A stretch of DNA of 64,000 bases from Antedon mediterranea (GCF_964355755.1 NC_092678.1:6464422-6528421), one strand, 5' to 3'; positions 47,797 to 61,661 are shown, numbered from the stretch's first letter. The notes: a model not told the origin generated them from the letters alone. Numbers and translations are program-made.

Positions 47797-48993
47797 AAAT
47801 GGGATCTTAGCAGGAGTATAAGGCCCTGTTCAGACCCATGGCGTTAGACCGTTTTAGCGTACGACGCTAAAAGAATGTGTGTCTGAACAGTTGGGGATTA
47901 GCGTACAACGCGTCGTACAACGGTTGTAGCGTTGTAGTGGAAAACGGTTGATAGTACCGTTTTAGCGTACGACGCTACTGTAAGTCAACGTTGTATCCAA
48001 TCAGAACGTTTCCTGTTATGACGCGATACAAGGTTTGACCTAGGCTGACATCTTGTATCGTCAATGTGTGAGATGGATTTCAATAACAAAAAGGCCAGAA
48101 TAAATAAGGCCTAACTACACTACAAATACAACTGTTACAAAGGCTACAAACTACTATCAACTGATTACCATTATATTTTCTAACAAATGACATAAATACA
48201 TGCACCTTGTATTTAAACAGGGACTACGATCCCATACGCTTTTAGGCCTAGCCTAGCTAGGCCTAGAGTCGATCATTCACATATTTCATTCAAGCTAAAA
48301 ACTAGCGTGGGACATCAAGTCACTCATTCATACAAGGCAGACTAGACTGGACAAGTTTAATGCTGAAAACTAACCCCCTAACTCCTAAAAAATTCAGTAA
48401 ACAAACAAGGGGAGCTGTGTCCCTTTTATTAGCAAGTTAAGGGTTATTTTCAACCGACTGGAACAAAGAATATATATCTTTGACTGGACTGGATAGACTA
48501 ATCACAATCAATTTTTTCTTCATCATTAGAAGGCCTGCTTTATTTTCGTAACACAAGAACCTGGGGAAAATGTTTTTAACACAAAATAAAACAATAGAAA
48601 CAGAAATTTGGCTTTACTATATTTTTCTTAAATAAATGCTGAGGTATGTTTTATTTACGGCAAATTTTGTCATAATTGTAGGGCTGAGATCTAGGCCTAT
48701 ATACAGTGGAAATAATGATGAAAACACGTGGGTAAGAGCACATGAATATGCAACTAGAAACAACCTGAATGACGTACTTCCGTTGTAACGATAATCGTAC
48801 GCTATGGGTCTGAACACCTCGTTTTTTTCTCTGCGGTTTGTAACGTGACCTTGCTAGTAACGTTGTACGCTAAAACGGTCTAACGCCATGGGTCTGAACA
48901 GGGCCTAAATGGGATTTTAGCAGGAGTGTAAATGGGACCTTAGCAGGCGTATAAATGGGATTTTAGCAGGAGTATAAATGGGATTTTAGCAGA
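47797..48993. repeat. 23-bp tandem repeat AAATGGGAT(T/C)TTAGCAGGAGTAT interrupted by a MITE
   Basis: One unit before 47822 and four units after 48905. Confidence 0.85.
47822..48905. mobile_element. PIF/Harbinger MITE
   Basis: Perfect TIR of about 40 bp GGCCCTGTTCAGACCCATGGCGTTAGACCGTTTTAGCGTAC; TAA TSD confirmed by the interrupted tandem repeat. Confidence 0.93.
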
Positions 48994-49431
48994 AGCTTGT
49001 GTGCCATTTTATGTTTATGTTCAGTAGTCCAATTGGAAGATAACTTGTGATTTTTACACAATGTTATCGTAAATCAAGAACAAATCTTCAGTACTGGTAG
49101 CTATGCTCAAAACATATGGTGGCACATTTAATGTTGTGTCATTGACTTTGTGTTATTTGCAGAACGATGTCAAGAAATAACAACTGCTAATAATCTTGAA
49201 AATAGACAATCTCATTAGTATGTCATATTAAGGCTTACTTTTATGGGTAAATTTTTATGCTGTTGACATTTGTAAAATCATGTCACAAAATTAATGTATA
49301 TAGATCTTAACATTTTCTTGATTTCATCTCAACATTGGCACGTTCAGGCTTAGTTTACCCGGGTAAGTTGGTGATTTACTTGGACAAAAGTTAGCAATAA
49401 TTGGTTTATGAAGCTAACTTCCCTGGGTAAA

Positions 49432-49600
49432 TAGGCAGCTTTCGATGTGGTAAGACTGAACACCAACCTAGTTCATGTCAAATGATGTGTCCTTGATTGT
49501 TCCGACCTAGAAACTATCAAACCTGTGTTAAGGTGAGGAGCGAGTGTATGCGCAATGAACTAATATGATCGTCGGCCATCGCAAATCGAAAACACCCTAA
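49432..49600 (+). mobile_element. Degenerate short MITE (family shared with 24091-24280)
   Basis: CTTTCGAT...ACCTAGAAACTATCAAACCTG...GTCGGCCATCGCAAATCGAAAACACCCTAA. Confidence 0.6.
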
Positions 49601-50113
49601 TAACAAAGCGTGAAGAGCCTGAAATCATTCCATTCTACGATGCCTTGATAGAGTGCCCTACTTTTTGATACCTTAATTGTTTTCAACATAGTATGAATTT
49701 ATTGGCCATATTAAGTACTAGGCTATCTGTTTATAATGCTTTCTCGTTAACATTTTTACTGGTTTACTTTAGCTATTGTTGGTTTGGTCAGTTTATTAAA
49801 GTGTGGCAATAACTGCTGGTTGTTTGCCAAACCCATTACTGCACATGTCACTACACTTTATAGAGCTTTTCAAGAATATTTTAATGTTTAAGTATTTTAT
49901 TAGATTGTGGGTGTTAAGTGTTTGAATAGAAATAATATATTCTTAGATACCGTAGTTATAGAAATATTTTTCATGTTAAATAAATAAATAAGAATATTTT
50001 AAAGCTGATGTTAAATATAAAAAAAAAAAAGAGTATTTAAATTTAACTTCAAACGTTGTTTCATCCTTTATGAGGTAATTTCATTGCTCACACTGTACAT
50101 ATGAAAGAAATAA

Positions 50114-50439
50114 CAATAGAACCCCTATTAAGGGACACCTTTAGGAACATACAATGTGTTCCTTAATAAATGTGTCCCCCGAATAGAAGTTGGCCATAGT
50201 GTTATTTCACAGAAATGGAAAGGCTCACTAAAGCTTGGTTCCCACTAGAACGTAACGCAAGGACGTAAACGCAACGCAAGTGTTTTAACCAATGACAAGC
50301 GAAGTTATAGACAGTTAGCAATCACAAGCGAATAAGCCATCGCTTGTGATTGGTCAATTCACTTGCGTTGCGTTACATCCTAACGTTGCGTCGCTAGTGG
50401 GAACCACGCTTTAGTGTCACTTATATAGGAGTTCTACTG
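50114..50439 (+). mobile_element. CAGTAGAACC-family MITE hosting a nested palindromic MITE
   Basis: CAATAGAACCCCTAT...ATAGGAGTTCTACTG|TA. Confidence 0.7.
50232..50410. mobile_element. Palindromic Harbinger/Tourist-like MITE (nested)
   Basis: AGCTTGGTTCCCACTAG / CTAGTGGGAACCACGCT, long fold-back arms, TAA/TTA flanks. Confidence 0.85.
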
Positions 50440-50915
50440 TACTGTAGCTTAAAATGTTGACAACAAATTGAAAAAAAAAGGACAGAAACAAACAAAATGT
50501 AATTTCTCTTCATTTAACATTTAAAAACATTGGTTCATAATAGGTTGCTTTACTATTGTTTCATTTTGGATATAAAGCACGAAGTCATACATCCAAAGTA
50601 ATTCCAAATCCAAGGTAATTTTGGTGAAGTAAAACATTGGGCCAATTTGATCATTGTGTTGATGATGTATGGTAATTTTGACAATGGTTGATCAGGTGAC
50701 CTAACCTTCACTCATCATCACTTTAGTTCTTATAATATGGAAAGGTCAATTTGTTCAGTGAGATACTGACCATAGAACTCTTTCATGTTGCCGGGTGTGC
50801 ATACAATAGGTCATGATTAGGTACACAAACACCAGTGAGTGCTTTGGCTTGCGGTTATAAACATCATTACTTTGATCTTTTTGTCTTTGTCCTCAGAAAA
50901 TAACACCTTTCTACA

Positions 50916-51076
50916 AGCTCTTTCTACACTATCAAACTAGTTTGACAAAACAAGTGTGATGTGCCCAAATATGGTAGTGATATGCTTAAATATGGTGGTG
51001 ATATGACATTATCATGTCCATATATGAGCATAACATATTTTTTTGTTACATAATGTTTGATAATGTAGACAGAGCT
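50916..51076. mobile_element. Short Harbinger-like MITE, copy 2 (reverse of 16569-16701)
   Basis: AGCTCTTTCTACACTATCAAAC / GTTTGATAATGTAGACAGAGCT|TTA. Confidence 0.75.
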
Positions 51077-52105
51077 TTAGTTTGTCACACAATTTTTTGT
51101 TGTTGAATATATCGCCTTTTGGATAGCTAGATTCTTGTTGTGTTGAATTTACTGCAGTTTAAAAAACCTTTCTTTCACCATTTTGGATGTCTGAGGAGAG
51201 GATGCCATTGTCTGAGGAGAGGATGCCATTTCCAAGCAATTATTCTATTGAAAATGGTGATTTCTTTCTATTACCGTATATGTTTCTTTGTTTCCGAGCA
51301 ACCCTGTTTTTTTACTTTAGGCCTATGTGTAATGAGTGTCATAAGAGTAATAAATCTTTATCAAACAGGGTTGAAGCACTTATTTTTAACCCCAGGAAAT
51401 GATGTTTTATTCTCTGAACTTTTTATTGCTATCACTAGGGTTTTGTTTGTTTTTTTCTTTAGTAAAACGATCACTGAGATATTAATGTTTTGCATGCTTT
51501 GTTGGCACATTTTTTTTCCAGCTTTCATTAACATTCAACAAATGATGCGAGAGGGCCAAAAAATAGCAATATTAATTGCTGAGCCTAGACTAGTGACTAT
51601 CTTTTGCATTGTAACTTGTAGCACTGGAAGTGATGCAGCACTGAAGTGATGGTGAATAGGCTAGTTCATTACGGTCTTCCCCTAGAAAAAAATGGAAACA
51701 AAATCCTGGCTAGCGGCTTGCAATGAAATATTAATTTCATCACGAACCATTTGAAGAATGTTATCTTGACTGTATGTTGATACACTCATCATTGTCAAGT
51801 ACCTACTTGAAACGGCAGTTAATATTTTCAATTGGTTTGTTAATTTTTCTCCTTTGTTTGAACAGTGATGTGACTGTACTTTGATGGTGTCATGTCCTCA
51901 CATTAATTGCCTATTGTGTGTTGAACTAAAGAACATTAAAAGGAAATGAAGTATTGCATACTTTATATAGATACATAGTTCAATGAAATAAACATCCTTT
52001 CTATTCTAATATACTTCTGTGATATCAGACTACAATACTGTTTGATAAGTATTATAAGCGTGGTTATTATATTTTAATCTATTGATATTCATGCTCCTTG
52101 TCTGA

Positions 52106-52209
52106 AAGTAACCCAGACCTCCCAACTTGGAAAAATGAAATATCTGGAGAGCAGGAGATGACAAGAAATAGAGAGGACTACTACCATAATCGGGAGAGTT
52201 GGGAGGTTG
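52106..52209. mobile_element. Small degenerate TIR element
   Basis: CAGACCTCCCAACT / AGTTGGGAGGTTG; no clear TSD. Confidence 0.45.
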
Positions 52210-54876
52210 GCTATTGGCAATTTTAAATACAAGTTTAATTTTTTTTTCAAGAATTACTTCTGTATCCAGTGAATGAATCCCTAATGGAACTGCAGTGAAA
52301 CTTCACAACGTGTACCCTATTTAGTAGGAAATTAACTCTCAATCGCAATTCCGCTGACCATTTCAGATACTTTTTTTTAATATATAGATGGTTACATATA
52401 TCAGTTAATAAGTGATGATTAAACCCCAACCATTTTTTCAACATTCAACAATATTTACGATTTATGGTGATCCATCCAACCAACGCTTATCATTGGGACT
52501 CTGAAAACAAGATTTTAAATACTGTGTTAGGAAAGTTTAATCATTGTGTCTGAACACGTTGCCTTTTCAAATGGATTACAGCACACCTTGCGTTAAGTCA
52601 CAAAAATCACAAAACAGTGTGAACATAGCCTTATTTCTACTACACTGTTGTATAAGTTTATATTGACATGTTTGAATTGTCTGTTGTGCATTTATAAAAT
52701 TGATCCCATTAAACACTATCATAGTACGTTATTGTTTGCAAAATTTTTAAATATTGTGTTATTTATATTTGGGTTACTATTTACATTGAACGATTTTGTA
52801 AAATACAATGAAGTTTTTATAATGCAGTTCAACAGAAAAGATTATGTTTAAAGGTGGTTGGCAATTGGATATGTTTGCCAAATAATTCATAATGGTTTAT
52901 TTACTGAAGGTTAACAATTGACTCAATTTAGAGATATTTTATTACTTGATTCAAACACCAGCTCATTGAAAAGGTACATAAAGACTTAAATGGACTTGTT
53001 TCAATGTTGATCTAGGTGCAATAGTTCTTGCATTGTATTAGGCTTGAAAGTTTTATTTTTTATAATATCCTTTGGAGAATGTGTCTTTAAGGAGTATTTG
53101 ATTTGCGACAACCTACCTAGGTCCGGTTAATCAATATGTTGTTGGCCATCATCTGGATGTAGAAATCATCAAAACTGTGTTGTGGTGGAGAGTAAGGAGG
53201 AACATCCCTGAATGCATACAAAGAATTAAAACGACACAGTTTGATGATTGCAAATCGAAAGTTCCCTAATAAGAAAGAACCTCCTACTGTATGATATGTA
53301 AAGATATTTATAACAATTATGTGGTGAATTTGCACTATACAGCTTCAGAATGTCGTTCTATTTAATTTCTTGAATAGTCTCCATGGAGCAAATTTCAACT
53401 GCAATGCAACCCTGGTCTCAATTTGATCTCAAACCAACCCATGGTACGTTATTCTTCTGGTTGGATTTTCAAACGTGTAACATTCACCGTCCTCATTTTG
53501 CACAACATTTTGCCAAAAATTGTGAAGTGCAATATATCACCTAATCATGAAGATGGATCGAAATAATGCATCCAGCTTGACATGTGATAGGTAATCAACC
53601 AATCAAGTGGCAAGAATACACTTATGGTGATAGCCAGTACTGTATTATAGTTTGGGTGGAATGGTGCTTGAAGTGCTACCTTCCATAGGAAGTACTTTAA
53701 TCAATTCTAACTTCCCATAGGATGTACTTGGCTAACAAATGTCCCTACTTCAATTTACTGGGAATAATTTGTATTGGGAAATAGGAATGATTGACAATGA
53801 CAAGTTATCTACAGGGGTATAATTTTTTTTTAAGCTGGAAAAAGTTTATATTGACCACTTCAAATTTTTTTTTATTTCAAGGCAGAAAAAATGTTGAATA
53901 AAACAAATTTAAATTCTATTTTTTAGTCTTTCTCCTTTAACTTCAAATATTAATCACAGAATAAAAAATTATTATTAGATTCTGATTGTTTTCTGTTTAA
54001 AAAGCTTACTATACGATTTACAAACTTGCTTTTAAATTGTTTTATATCGTATTACATTTTTACATAAAAGCTTTAGAGTTCTATCCCTGAATTGAATTTG
54101 CTCATTACCATACATTTTTGGTTGTCTCTAGACGCTCATAAATCATAACTGAAAATGATATTGTAATTATTAATGCATAATTTCCCATCAGCTTAGAATC
54201 AATGTGTAGTGGAAAAATTAAATGGTGCCATTAGGACGGTTAGAAACAGGCCGTTTTAATTTTGAATGAGTAATACCACGTTGAACGTGGTTTGTTGAGT
54301 GGACCACCCCCTGGCTGAGGTGGTGCTGCTTGAATGGAATTCCAGCCTATGCTGTGACCTGCCTTCAGGCGGGGATAGCCTAGCTCAAATATCGTGTTTA
54401 TTAGTATTATAATATTTTGACAAATTGAATAAGGTGATTGATTACATGGATTATTTGTTCAGTTATGATAGTAAGTTTAAGCTTTAGTTGTCTGATTCAT
54501 GAACCAGACACTTTAATTCAATTTAGCCTTACTCTAAAAAACAATTTACTCTCATCAATATATATAATTATTTTAAAATTAAATTCATATTTTATTCATT
54601 CAAGAAAGTAAAGTAAAAGTATAAAAAAGTAATGTAAAGTATTCTAATGTCTTTTACCCACATTACAAGACATGGAAAAAGATTTAGAGTTATGACAACA
54701 TTTAGAGACCACCTTTCTTGGCACACCTCTTGTTCAGGAGACACTCCTAATCAAGGGACACTTTCCCGGCACACCTCTAGTCAGGAGACACTCCTAATCA
54801 AGGGACACTTTCCCATAAAACAAACCAAGAAGCAATATTATAATGTTAAGGCCAACCCATATTCAGGGGACACTCC

Positions 54877-56080
54877 TGTTCTTTATCCACCCCTGTTCTT
54901 TATCCACTCTTGTTCTTTATCCACTCTTGTTCTTTATCCACTCTTGTTCTTTATCCACTCTTGTTCTTTATCCACTCACTGTTCTTTATCCACTCACTGT
55001 TCTTTATCCACTCACTGTTCTTTATACACTCCAGTTCTTTATACACTCCTGTTCTTTATATACTCCTGTTCTTTATACACTCTTGTTCTGTATCCACTCA
55101 CTGTTCTTTATCCACTCACTGCTCTTTATCCACCCCTGTTCTTTATCCACCCCTGTTCTTTATCCACCCCTGTTCTTTATCCACCCCTGTTCTTTATCCA
55201 CTCCTGTTCTTTATCCACTCCTGTTCTTTATCCACCCCTGTTCTTTATCCACCCCTGTTCTTTATCCACCCCTGTTCTTTATCCACCCCTGTTCTTTATC
55301 CACCCCTGTTCTTTATCCACTCTTGGTCTTTATCCACTCCTGTTCTTTATCCACCCCTATTCTTTATCCACCCCTGTTCTTAATCCACCCATGTTCTTTA
55401 TCCACTCTTGGTCTTTATCCACTCTTGGTCTTTATCCACTCTTGGTCTTTATCCACTCTTGGTCTTTATCCACTCCTGGTCTTTATCCACTCTTGGTCTT
55501 TATCCACTCTTGGTCTTTATCTACTCTTGGTCTTTATCCACTCCTGTTCTTTATCCACTCCTGTTCTTTATCCACCCCTGTTCAGGAGACACTCCTGTTC
55601 AGGAGACACCCCTGTTCAGGAGACACCCCTGTTCTTTATCCACCCCTGTTCTTTATCCACTCCTGTTCTTTATCCACCCCTGTTCTTTATCCACCCCTGT
55701 TCTTTATCCACCCCTGTTCTTTATCCACTCCTGTTCTTTATCAACTCCTGTTCTTTATCAACTCCTGTTTTTTATCAACTCCTGTTCTTTATCAACTCCT
55801 GTTCTTTATCAACTCCTGTTCTTTATCAACTCACTGTTCTTTATCCACTCACTGTTCTTTATCCACTCACTGTTCTTTATCCACTCACTGTTCTTTATCC
55901 ACTCAATGTTCTTTATCCACTCCCTGTTCTTTATCCACCCCTGTTCTTTATCCACCCCTGTTCTTTATCCACCCCTGTTCTTTACCCTCCCTGTTCTTTA
56001 TCCACCCCTGTTCATGGGACACCCCTGTTCATGGGACACCCCTGTTTATTATCCACCCCTGTTCATGGGACACCCCTGTT
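54877..56080. repeat. 17-bp minisatellite (about 70 units) inside a CAGTAGAACC-family MITE (host about 54700-56235)
   Basis: Consensus TGTTCTTTATCCAC(C/T)CC, in register with TGTTCAGGAGACACCCC units; host right end GGGACAC...GTGTCCCCTTAATAGG. Confidence 0.93.
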
Positions 56081-56983
56081 TAGGAGAAACATTGGACATC
56101 CCTGCAAGGAAGATATTTTTCCATGAAACAAACACGGGACAATATATGTTTTTTTAAAATAATGCAAACTGATATTAAGTGGACACCCTATAAACGGGAC
56201 ACTTTGTTGAGTCTCTAAGGTGTCCCCTTAATAGGCAATATAATATTTTATAAGTTTAGATGATGTCCTACATTTTACTGAGAAGAAAATTAAAAGGAAA
56301 TTAATATTATTACTTTACCTTATGTTTTATTCAATATTTTAAAATAATTTATGGTGATTCGTATTTTTTAATGGTATTTTATCATTCAGTTTTTTTATAT
56401 TAATTACTTTTTATTAATTACTTGTCCAAATGCACCAAATGAATTTCTATATTCTATTGAATACAATGTTAGTTTCTTTATCTGATATTAATTATTTACC
56501 GGTATCTATTATTAATAATAATACAGTCTGCTTTTAAGGATTATTACATCTAAATAGATTTACACATTCTTTTAAAATTCAAATAACATCTAGTTTCATT
56601 CATGATTATTTTAACTATTTTTTTCTAGAATATCTTTTCGGCTTTTTTTCCCCTTTTTTTTTATTATAAAAAGTAAAAATGAAATTCTGATATTGTATAA
56701 TTTTAAACAAGAAGTGAATTGAAATGTAATTGGTTATAATTAGAATCCTTCGCAGGATTTCATTGAACATTCGTAGTGTGCCTGCAGTGTTTCATCATGT
56801 TTCTGTAATTTGATAACCTAATTCTTATGTTATCGTTACAGGGATTGTTGTTGCTTTTAAGCCAATTGGTGGTGCTCTGAAATAACCAACAAATTGTTAA
56901 ATTCAAGAAAAGTCATCTTGCACATTAATAAAAAGATCAATAAAATTATTAAATTATTACTAAAATAAGTGGCGAACTCCTTT

Positions 56984-57460
56984 TATAGTGATGTCTTCTG
57001 AATAGAGTCCCTGAATAATGATGTCCCCTAAATAGTGATGTTCACCTGAATAGTGATGTCCCCCTGAATATTGATGTGCCCTGAATAGTGATATCCCCTA
57101 AATAGTGATGTTCACCTGAATAGTGATGTCCCCTGAATACAATGTCTCCTGAATAGTGATGTCATCTGAATAGTGATGTCATCTGAATATGGATGTCATC
57201 TGAATATGGATGTCATCTGAATATGGATGTCTCCTGAATAGTGATGTCCCCTGAATAGTGATGTCCCCTGAATAGAGAGGTCTCTTTAATACTGATGCCC
57301 TCTCTAGTGATGTTTCCCGAATTGAATATAGATGTTTAGGGATGATGCCCCGATTGTTGGATGTCCCCCTGAATGTGGGTTGTCCCCCTGAATGTGGGTT
57401 GTCCCCTGAATAGAAATGTCCCCTGAATAGAAATATCCCCTGAATAGAGAAGTCCCCTGC
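56984..57460. repeat. 17-18-bp minisatellite of the MITE subterminal motif, reverse orientation
   Basis: Consensus TGAATAGTGATGTCCCC(C), reverse complement of the ATTCAGGGGACA motif. Confidence 0.9.
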
Positions 57461-57501
57461 TGGATAGGGGCAGAAAAATAATACATGCGATTCTTAGCAT
57501 A

Positions 57502-58443
57502 CAGTCGACCTTCTCATCTACACACTTCTCAATTACGAACCTTCTATTTTACGAACGCCGTTCGAACGATGACGTCATCAGTAATATTAATAAAACTTTA
57601 CGTACCTACTAATTTATTATCTTCTTAATTTATTAAACTACCCCAAAACAATTATTTCATAAATAAAGCAAAGCTTATTAAAAACGATCCACGATTTATT
57701 TCTAGTTTAAAAATTCCTAGGCCGTTATCTAGGCCGTTTAGCTAGGCCTAGGCCGTTTAGTCTAGGCCTAAGCTAGAGATCATCATCCCCACTGCTGGAG
57801 TGCATGGAGAGCACCCTGCACGTGTTTTTTAAAAAAACAAAGGTTGATCGCGAACTGCAAAAAAGGCTAGCTACGATGACCATACTATCAATTTAGTTTT
57901 GTTTGTGCATGTGGTTACGATATAAAAAAAACACTTGACTCTTATTTATTAACATTTTAAAACTTTGTTGTCAGTCGTCGCGTAGCCATTTTTCTGGGAA
58001 TTCCATTTTACTTGCTGTCAAACACCACACATACATAGTAGCTTAAAAATGTAAATATTTGCGGTCCAGAACAGATTTGATATTATTACTTTAGGAATAA
58101 GTTCGTAATTTACAGTTTGTGTCAAAATATGCACAATAAAAAGTAAACGATGGAATTTTGGTACAGAGAATGTGTAACGTAACAAAAAGCAGGATATCAA
58201 TCTTTTTGGCATTTAAGGTGTTAATTTACATGTTAAATCTAATTGTTTTATACTGTATTTTTAATACTGTTTGTTCTTTATAGTGTACTATACACAGTAA
58301 GTTGTACATAGGGCATTTTGTTTGGACATGTTTTTACCACTGATTTAATAGAGGGCGCTTTTTTCCGAACCTTCCCATTTACGAACTTTTTCATTTACGA
58401 ATGCCTCTCAGACCAAGGGGTACGTAAATGAGAAGGTCGACTG
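57502..58443. mobile_element. Tc1/mariner-pogo-like MITE
   Basis: TIR CAGTCGACCTTCTCAT(C/T)TAC, TA TSD, subterminal TTACGAAC repeats. Confidence 0.88.
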
Positions 58444-60680
58444 TACCATCATTTTTGGGGTTAGTTTATTTTAAACTAAAATCTGAATGAGTATTTTGCT
58501 GGTTACTTTAAAAATCTGTATGTGAACATACAATAAATTAAACAGGGCTTATAAGTGGAGTTTATATGTAATAGTAATTTAATCCCAACTTATAAATAAG
58601 AACAACATTTATCTAAATATTTGCAATAGTTTTACAACTAAGGTCAACATTCTCAAGGTTGTCTCATGAATAATTCATTAGTTCCAAGTATTTTCCAAAA
58701 CTTCTACAGAATAAATAAGTAGTGTTGGTGAAAGTCTGTTGATTAGATTTTTTAGTTCAAATTAAATTTATTGCAAGAGAAAGTTTTTAAAAGAGGGTTT
58801 TCTCACTAAGATGCAGATTTGCCTAATTTAATAATTCTGTGAGCTTTTGAAAAAAAAAGAGCCTTTGTGACTATACGACGTGCAACCGATTGCGAATTTC
58901 ACACCGACATATACTGTACAATAGGATTTCCGTGAATCATTGTTCTGGTTGGATAATTTCTCCTCTTCTGCTATCTTTGTCGTCAAATTGACAGTTACCT
59001 ATTGTAGATTCTTAATAATGAAAATAGTAAATTGCTATATTTAACTCAAAGCACAAAATCTTCTGTGTTCTAATAAAACCTATTAAATTCAATCGTCAAT
59101 ATTGTATTTGTTTTAGTTCAGCTTTTAATGTAAACCCTCAGTTTTATTTTTGATGTTTAGTTTACTATAAAATCTATAAATAAACCACAATATAGAATAA
59201 CAGGGTTGCCATTGTTGTCTTTTGGTTGCACTTTCAAGACAACTTATATTATCCATGACTCAATACATGAATGACTGTTGGGGATGAGTGACCTTATAAT
59301 CACAATTCTTCAGTGTAATTGTACACAAGTTAAACTAATTGTACAGTAGTGCCACGAGCAAGGCTAGCTGGAGCAAAATCCCCAGCAAGTTTAAAGTTTG
59401 AAAATAAAACCTTAATTGGAAAGCCAACACCTCTGAATTCCAAGGCAGAGTCTGTTCGGAATTGTAGGTCATGTTGGTGATCTCAAATACGCATGTTAGG
59501 GGTGTTTTCGTCCTCAATATTAACAACAACTTTGGGCCAAGTTCATACCGATGGACATGCCACGTTTTTAGATTGCTGAATCATATTAGTAAAAAACGGT
59601 TGATTGTACCACTTTAGCGTAAGATGGTAACATGAAACATTCCATAGGATGATAGAAAGAAGGAAAAAACTTCCATTGTATCGATAGGCCTAAGTGTTGC
59701 TCCATGTCTGAACACTTTTTTTTCTCTTTGCGGGATATAATTTGCTATATATATAATATGCGTTGTAGCATAACTCGATAGATGTGAACACATCTTTAGT
59801 TGAACCATATTGGTCTATAAACAAATTAAATGTTTACTCTATTTTTGCCATTCTTACCAGGATAAACCGAAAATAGCCCATGCTCCAGAGGAAGGCTTAG
59901 ATTAGATACAAAATTCCTAGAGCTCTACCATAATGGACTAGTAAACAAAATGATGCTGGAATGATGGGAACATGTGAGAGCATGATTGGCACTTAAAATC
60001 TGGAGTTATTAATTATATTTATTTTATGTATCCTTATGTACTAATATCAGTGTTTCAACATCCAATCATTAGTGTTTTAGCTTTTGGAATGTCATAATTA
60101 TTTTGGCCTCATTTTTGCTGTCAAGAAAATAATTATTTAAATCATGCACTAATAAATAAGTTGGCAGAAGAAATAGGTCATTGGATACATCAAGATCAAA
60201 ATTTTTTTTTTTTTTTTCATAAAACACAGAAACATATATATATTCGCCAACTTTAGACTGAAATAGATTTTGGAAAAAAAATCTGGGACAAGCTTCTAAG
60301 GACGCAAAAGAATACAGAATATAATCATAACCTCGCTAGACTAGCCATATATTTATTAATTTGTCCCATGGGATTACATTTAATTAAATATGAATGATTA
60401 ATAAAAAGATACAAATTTTAATTAGCAATTAGTATTTAGTGTGATAATTATAGATTTACAATTCTGGCATTAATAGAGCAATTGTATTGCTTGCTTTAAT
60501 TAAGGGTATTAGGGACCACATTTTAATAATACTTTGAAAAGAAAAAAACAACAGCAGATGTTGACTAATTATTTATTAATAGTTTAAACAGAGATCAGTA
60601 TACTTTAGATTATTTGCTATTAAAATATATTGATTTCATTGTTGCTCCATGATTGTTGCCAATAGGTTCTAATTAGAGTA

Positions 60681-61601
60681 CCGTATTTTCCGGAGTATAG
60701 GTCGACCCCAAGTATAAGTCGACCCCCAACTTTGGCCTAGAATATCGTTGATTTTGGTATGACCTGAATATAAGTCGACCCCCAAAATCGGCTAATAACA
60801 CAACTTACTTTAAAGTTCAAAGAGGGCTAGAAATGTATGAAATGTGGTTATTTGTTTATACTGTATTATTAAAGTGTAGGCCTAATCAATATCGGACGGA
60901 CGGACGTAATGATGACAACTTCGCCGCCGTCTTCACCAGCCTATAATAAATGACAGCGATGTAGCGTTACTTGCCATCAGCGATGCTTTTCGCGTCACTC
61001 GAATAAATTAAAACGAGTTTTCCGTTAGGAGGCTTATTAATGTACAGGCGAGTAGTTGTAAATCGCGTTATCTGTAAATGTACACGCGCCCGACTAAGGA
61101 GAATTTATTTTATGAATAGACATGCGCAGTAATTGTAATTACGAACAAACAAACAAACTGCGCATGTGTATAGATAAAAATATCGCGCAATAACAAACAT
61201 GCTGCATGGACATTCCGACGTCTGTGGTGTGTGTTACGATGTTTTCGCGAGAGTGAATAAGAAGCATAAAGAAAACTATTTATTCTTAATTATCTTAAAA
61301 TAAAAGCGTAATATTAACATCAAAATGAGTCATTGTGATATATTAATATTTTATTGACCAGTACTTGTTGCAGTTGTATTATTTTGTACAATGTAGGTAT
61401 TAAATTGAAAACTTCTGTGAGTGATTGATGATAGGCCACTGACCTTGCTGGGCCTTGACAGCTGACGGCTTTTGAACATATTTTTTCGGCCTGATTTTTT
61501 TCAAAAATCGCATGGTCGGAGTATAAGTCGACCCCCCCCCCCCCCGATTTTGCAATTAAAATTTTCCCACAAAGTCTCGACCTATACTCCGGAAAATACG
61601 G
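60681..61601. mobile_element. pogo/Tigger-like MITE
   Basis: Perfect TIR CCGTATTTTCCGGAGTATAGGTCGA, TA TSD, subterminal TATAAGTCGACCCCC repeats. Confidence 0.9.
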
Positions 61602-61661
61602 TACTTATACTTAATCTGGGTATCTTATCTACTGTACTAGACATTTTGGATGGGAACTTAA

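Noticed and set aside
54877-56000. Repeated TTATCCAC resembling bacterial DnaA boxes or plasmid iterons
   Set aside because: Context is a spliceosomal intron, the units lack the final A of TTATCCACA, and they are in register with a MITE motif.
54647-56157. Long ORFs of 478, 427 and 249 aa
   Set aside because: Artefacts of a stop-free 17-bp tandem repeat open in several frames; no domain signal.
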